Below are positions 35,475 to 35,603 of a stretch of DNA of 35,603 bases, piece after piece. Source of the stretch: a virus (Duplodnaviria; Caudoviricetes); IMG/VR virus record IMGVR_UViG_3300035105_000087, positions 1-35,603 of that record. One strand, given 5' to 3'. The notes under the pieces were generated by a model that was not told where the DNA came from, searched no databases, and was given only the letters and a program-made list of their open reading frames with translations. The translations under genes were made by a program, and so were the position numbers. Numbering within the stretch: the first letter of the stretch is position 1; each line of letters opens with the position of its first letter.

Positions 35475-35603
35475 TCAGATTTTATTTATCGGACCTTAAA
35501 AAATGGCGCGCCTGCTCCAACGGGTACGCCTGGGCAGAGAGTATAGCGCGGGCCCGGGGACGTGATTACGTCGTCACGGAGGATTTTGATCGTGCTGATT
35601 GGC
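35471..35603 (+). CDS. Further helical-repeat family paralog, truncated by window end
   Basis: 35462-35603 is a near-identical copy of 34772-34913 (690-bp offset). Confidence 0.8.
   Translation, partial: MIRFYLSDLKKWRACSNGYAWAESIARARGRDYVVTEDFDRADW

Larger units (their letters stand above)
1..35603. mobile_element. Tailed bacteriophage/prophage genome segment, podovirus-like
   Basis: Colinear terminase-portal-scaffold-capsid-adaptor-nozzle-fibre-ejection-lysis genes plus YqaJ/RecT/replication genes; no tape measure or sheath; no host housekeeping genes. Confidence 0.95.

Noticed and set aside
33159-35603. Diversity-generating retroelement (TR/VR pairs)
   Set aside because: No reverse transcriptase in window and differences between repeat copies are not adenine-specific; many are synonymous C/T changes
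35462-35603. Phage terminal repeat
   Set aside because: Matches an internal paralog 690 bp upstream, not the other end of the window
1-35603. Alternative genetic code
   Set aside because: Standard code gives full-length, tightly coupled genes throughout

Overview
Most of a tailed-phage genome (podovirus-like Caudoviricetes, probably truncated at both ends; no integrase in view). Minus strand, right to left: TerS, TerL, portal, scaffold, N4-gp56/DUF4043-like major capsid, a signal-peptide protein, an O-antigen-ligase/O-oligosaccharyltransferase-like membrane protein, head-tail adaptor, a tail nozzle apparently split over three genes, four adjacent tail/fibre genes that all start with Sec-type signal peptides, three ejection-type proteins, a holin-like protein plus an alpha/beta hydrolase (no endolysin seen), then YqaJ, HTH, RecT and a replication initiator. 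The left end is an AT-rich IS607-family element carrying a Mom-like DNA-modification gene upstream of tnpA (tnpA is absent from the ORF track). The right end is a divergent plus-strand region of small genes, a duplicated 55-bp structured element and a shuffled family of 29-aa helical-repeat proteins with hypervariable positions. Best candidate for an undescribed system: virion fibre/decoration proteins exported to the periplasm together with a phage-encoded Wzy_C-type glycan transferase in the late operon, suggesting extracytoplasmic folding and glycosylation of virion parts. All product calls are from motif recognition and synteny, not database searches.
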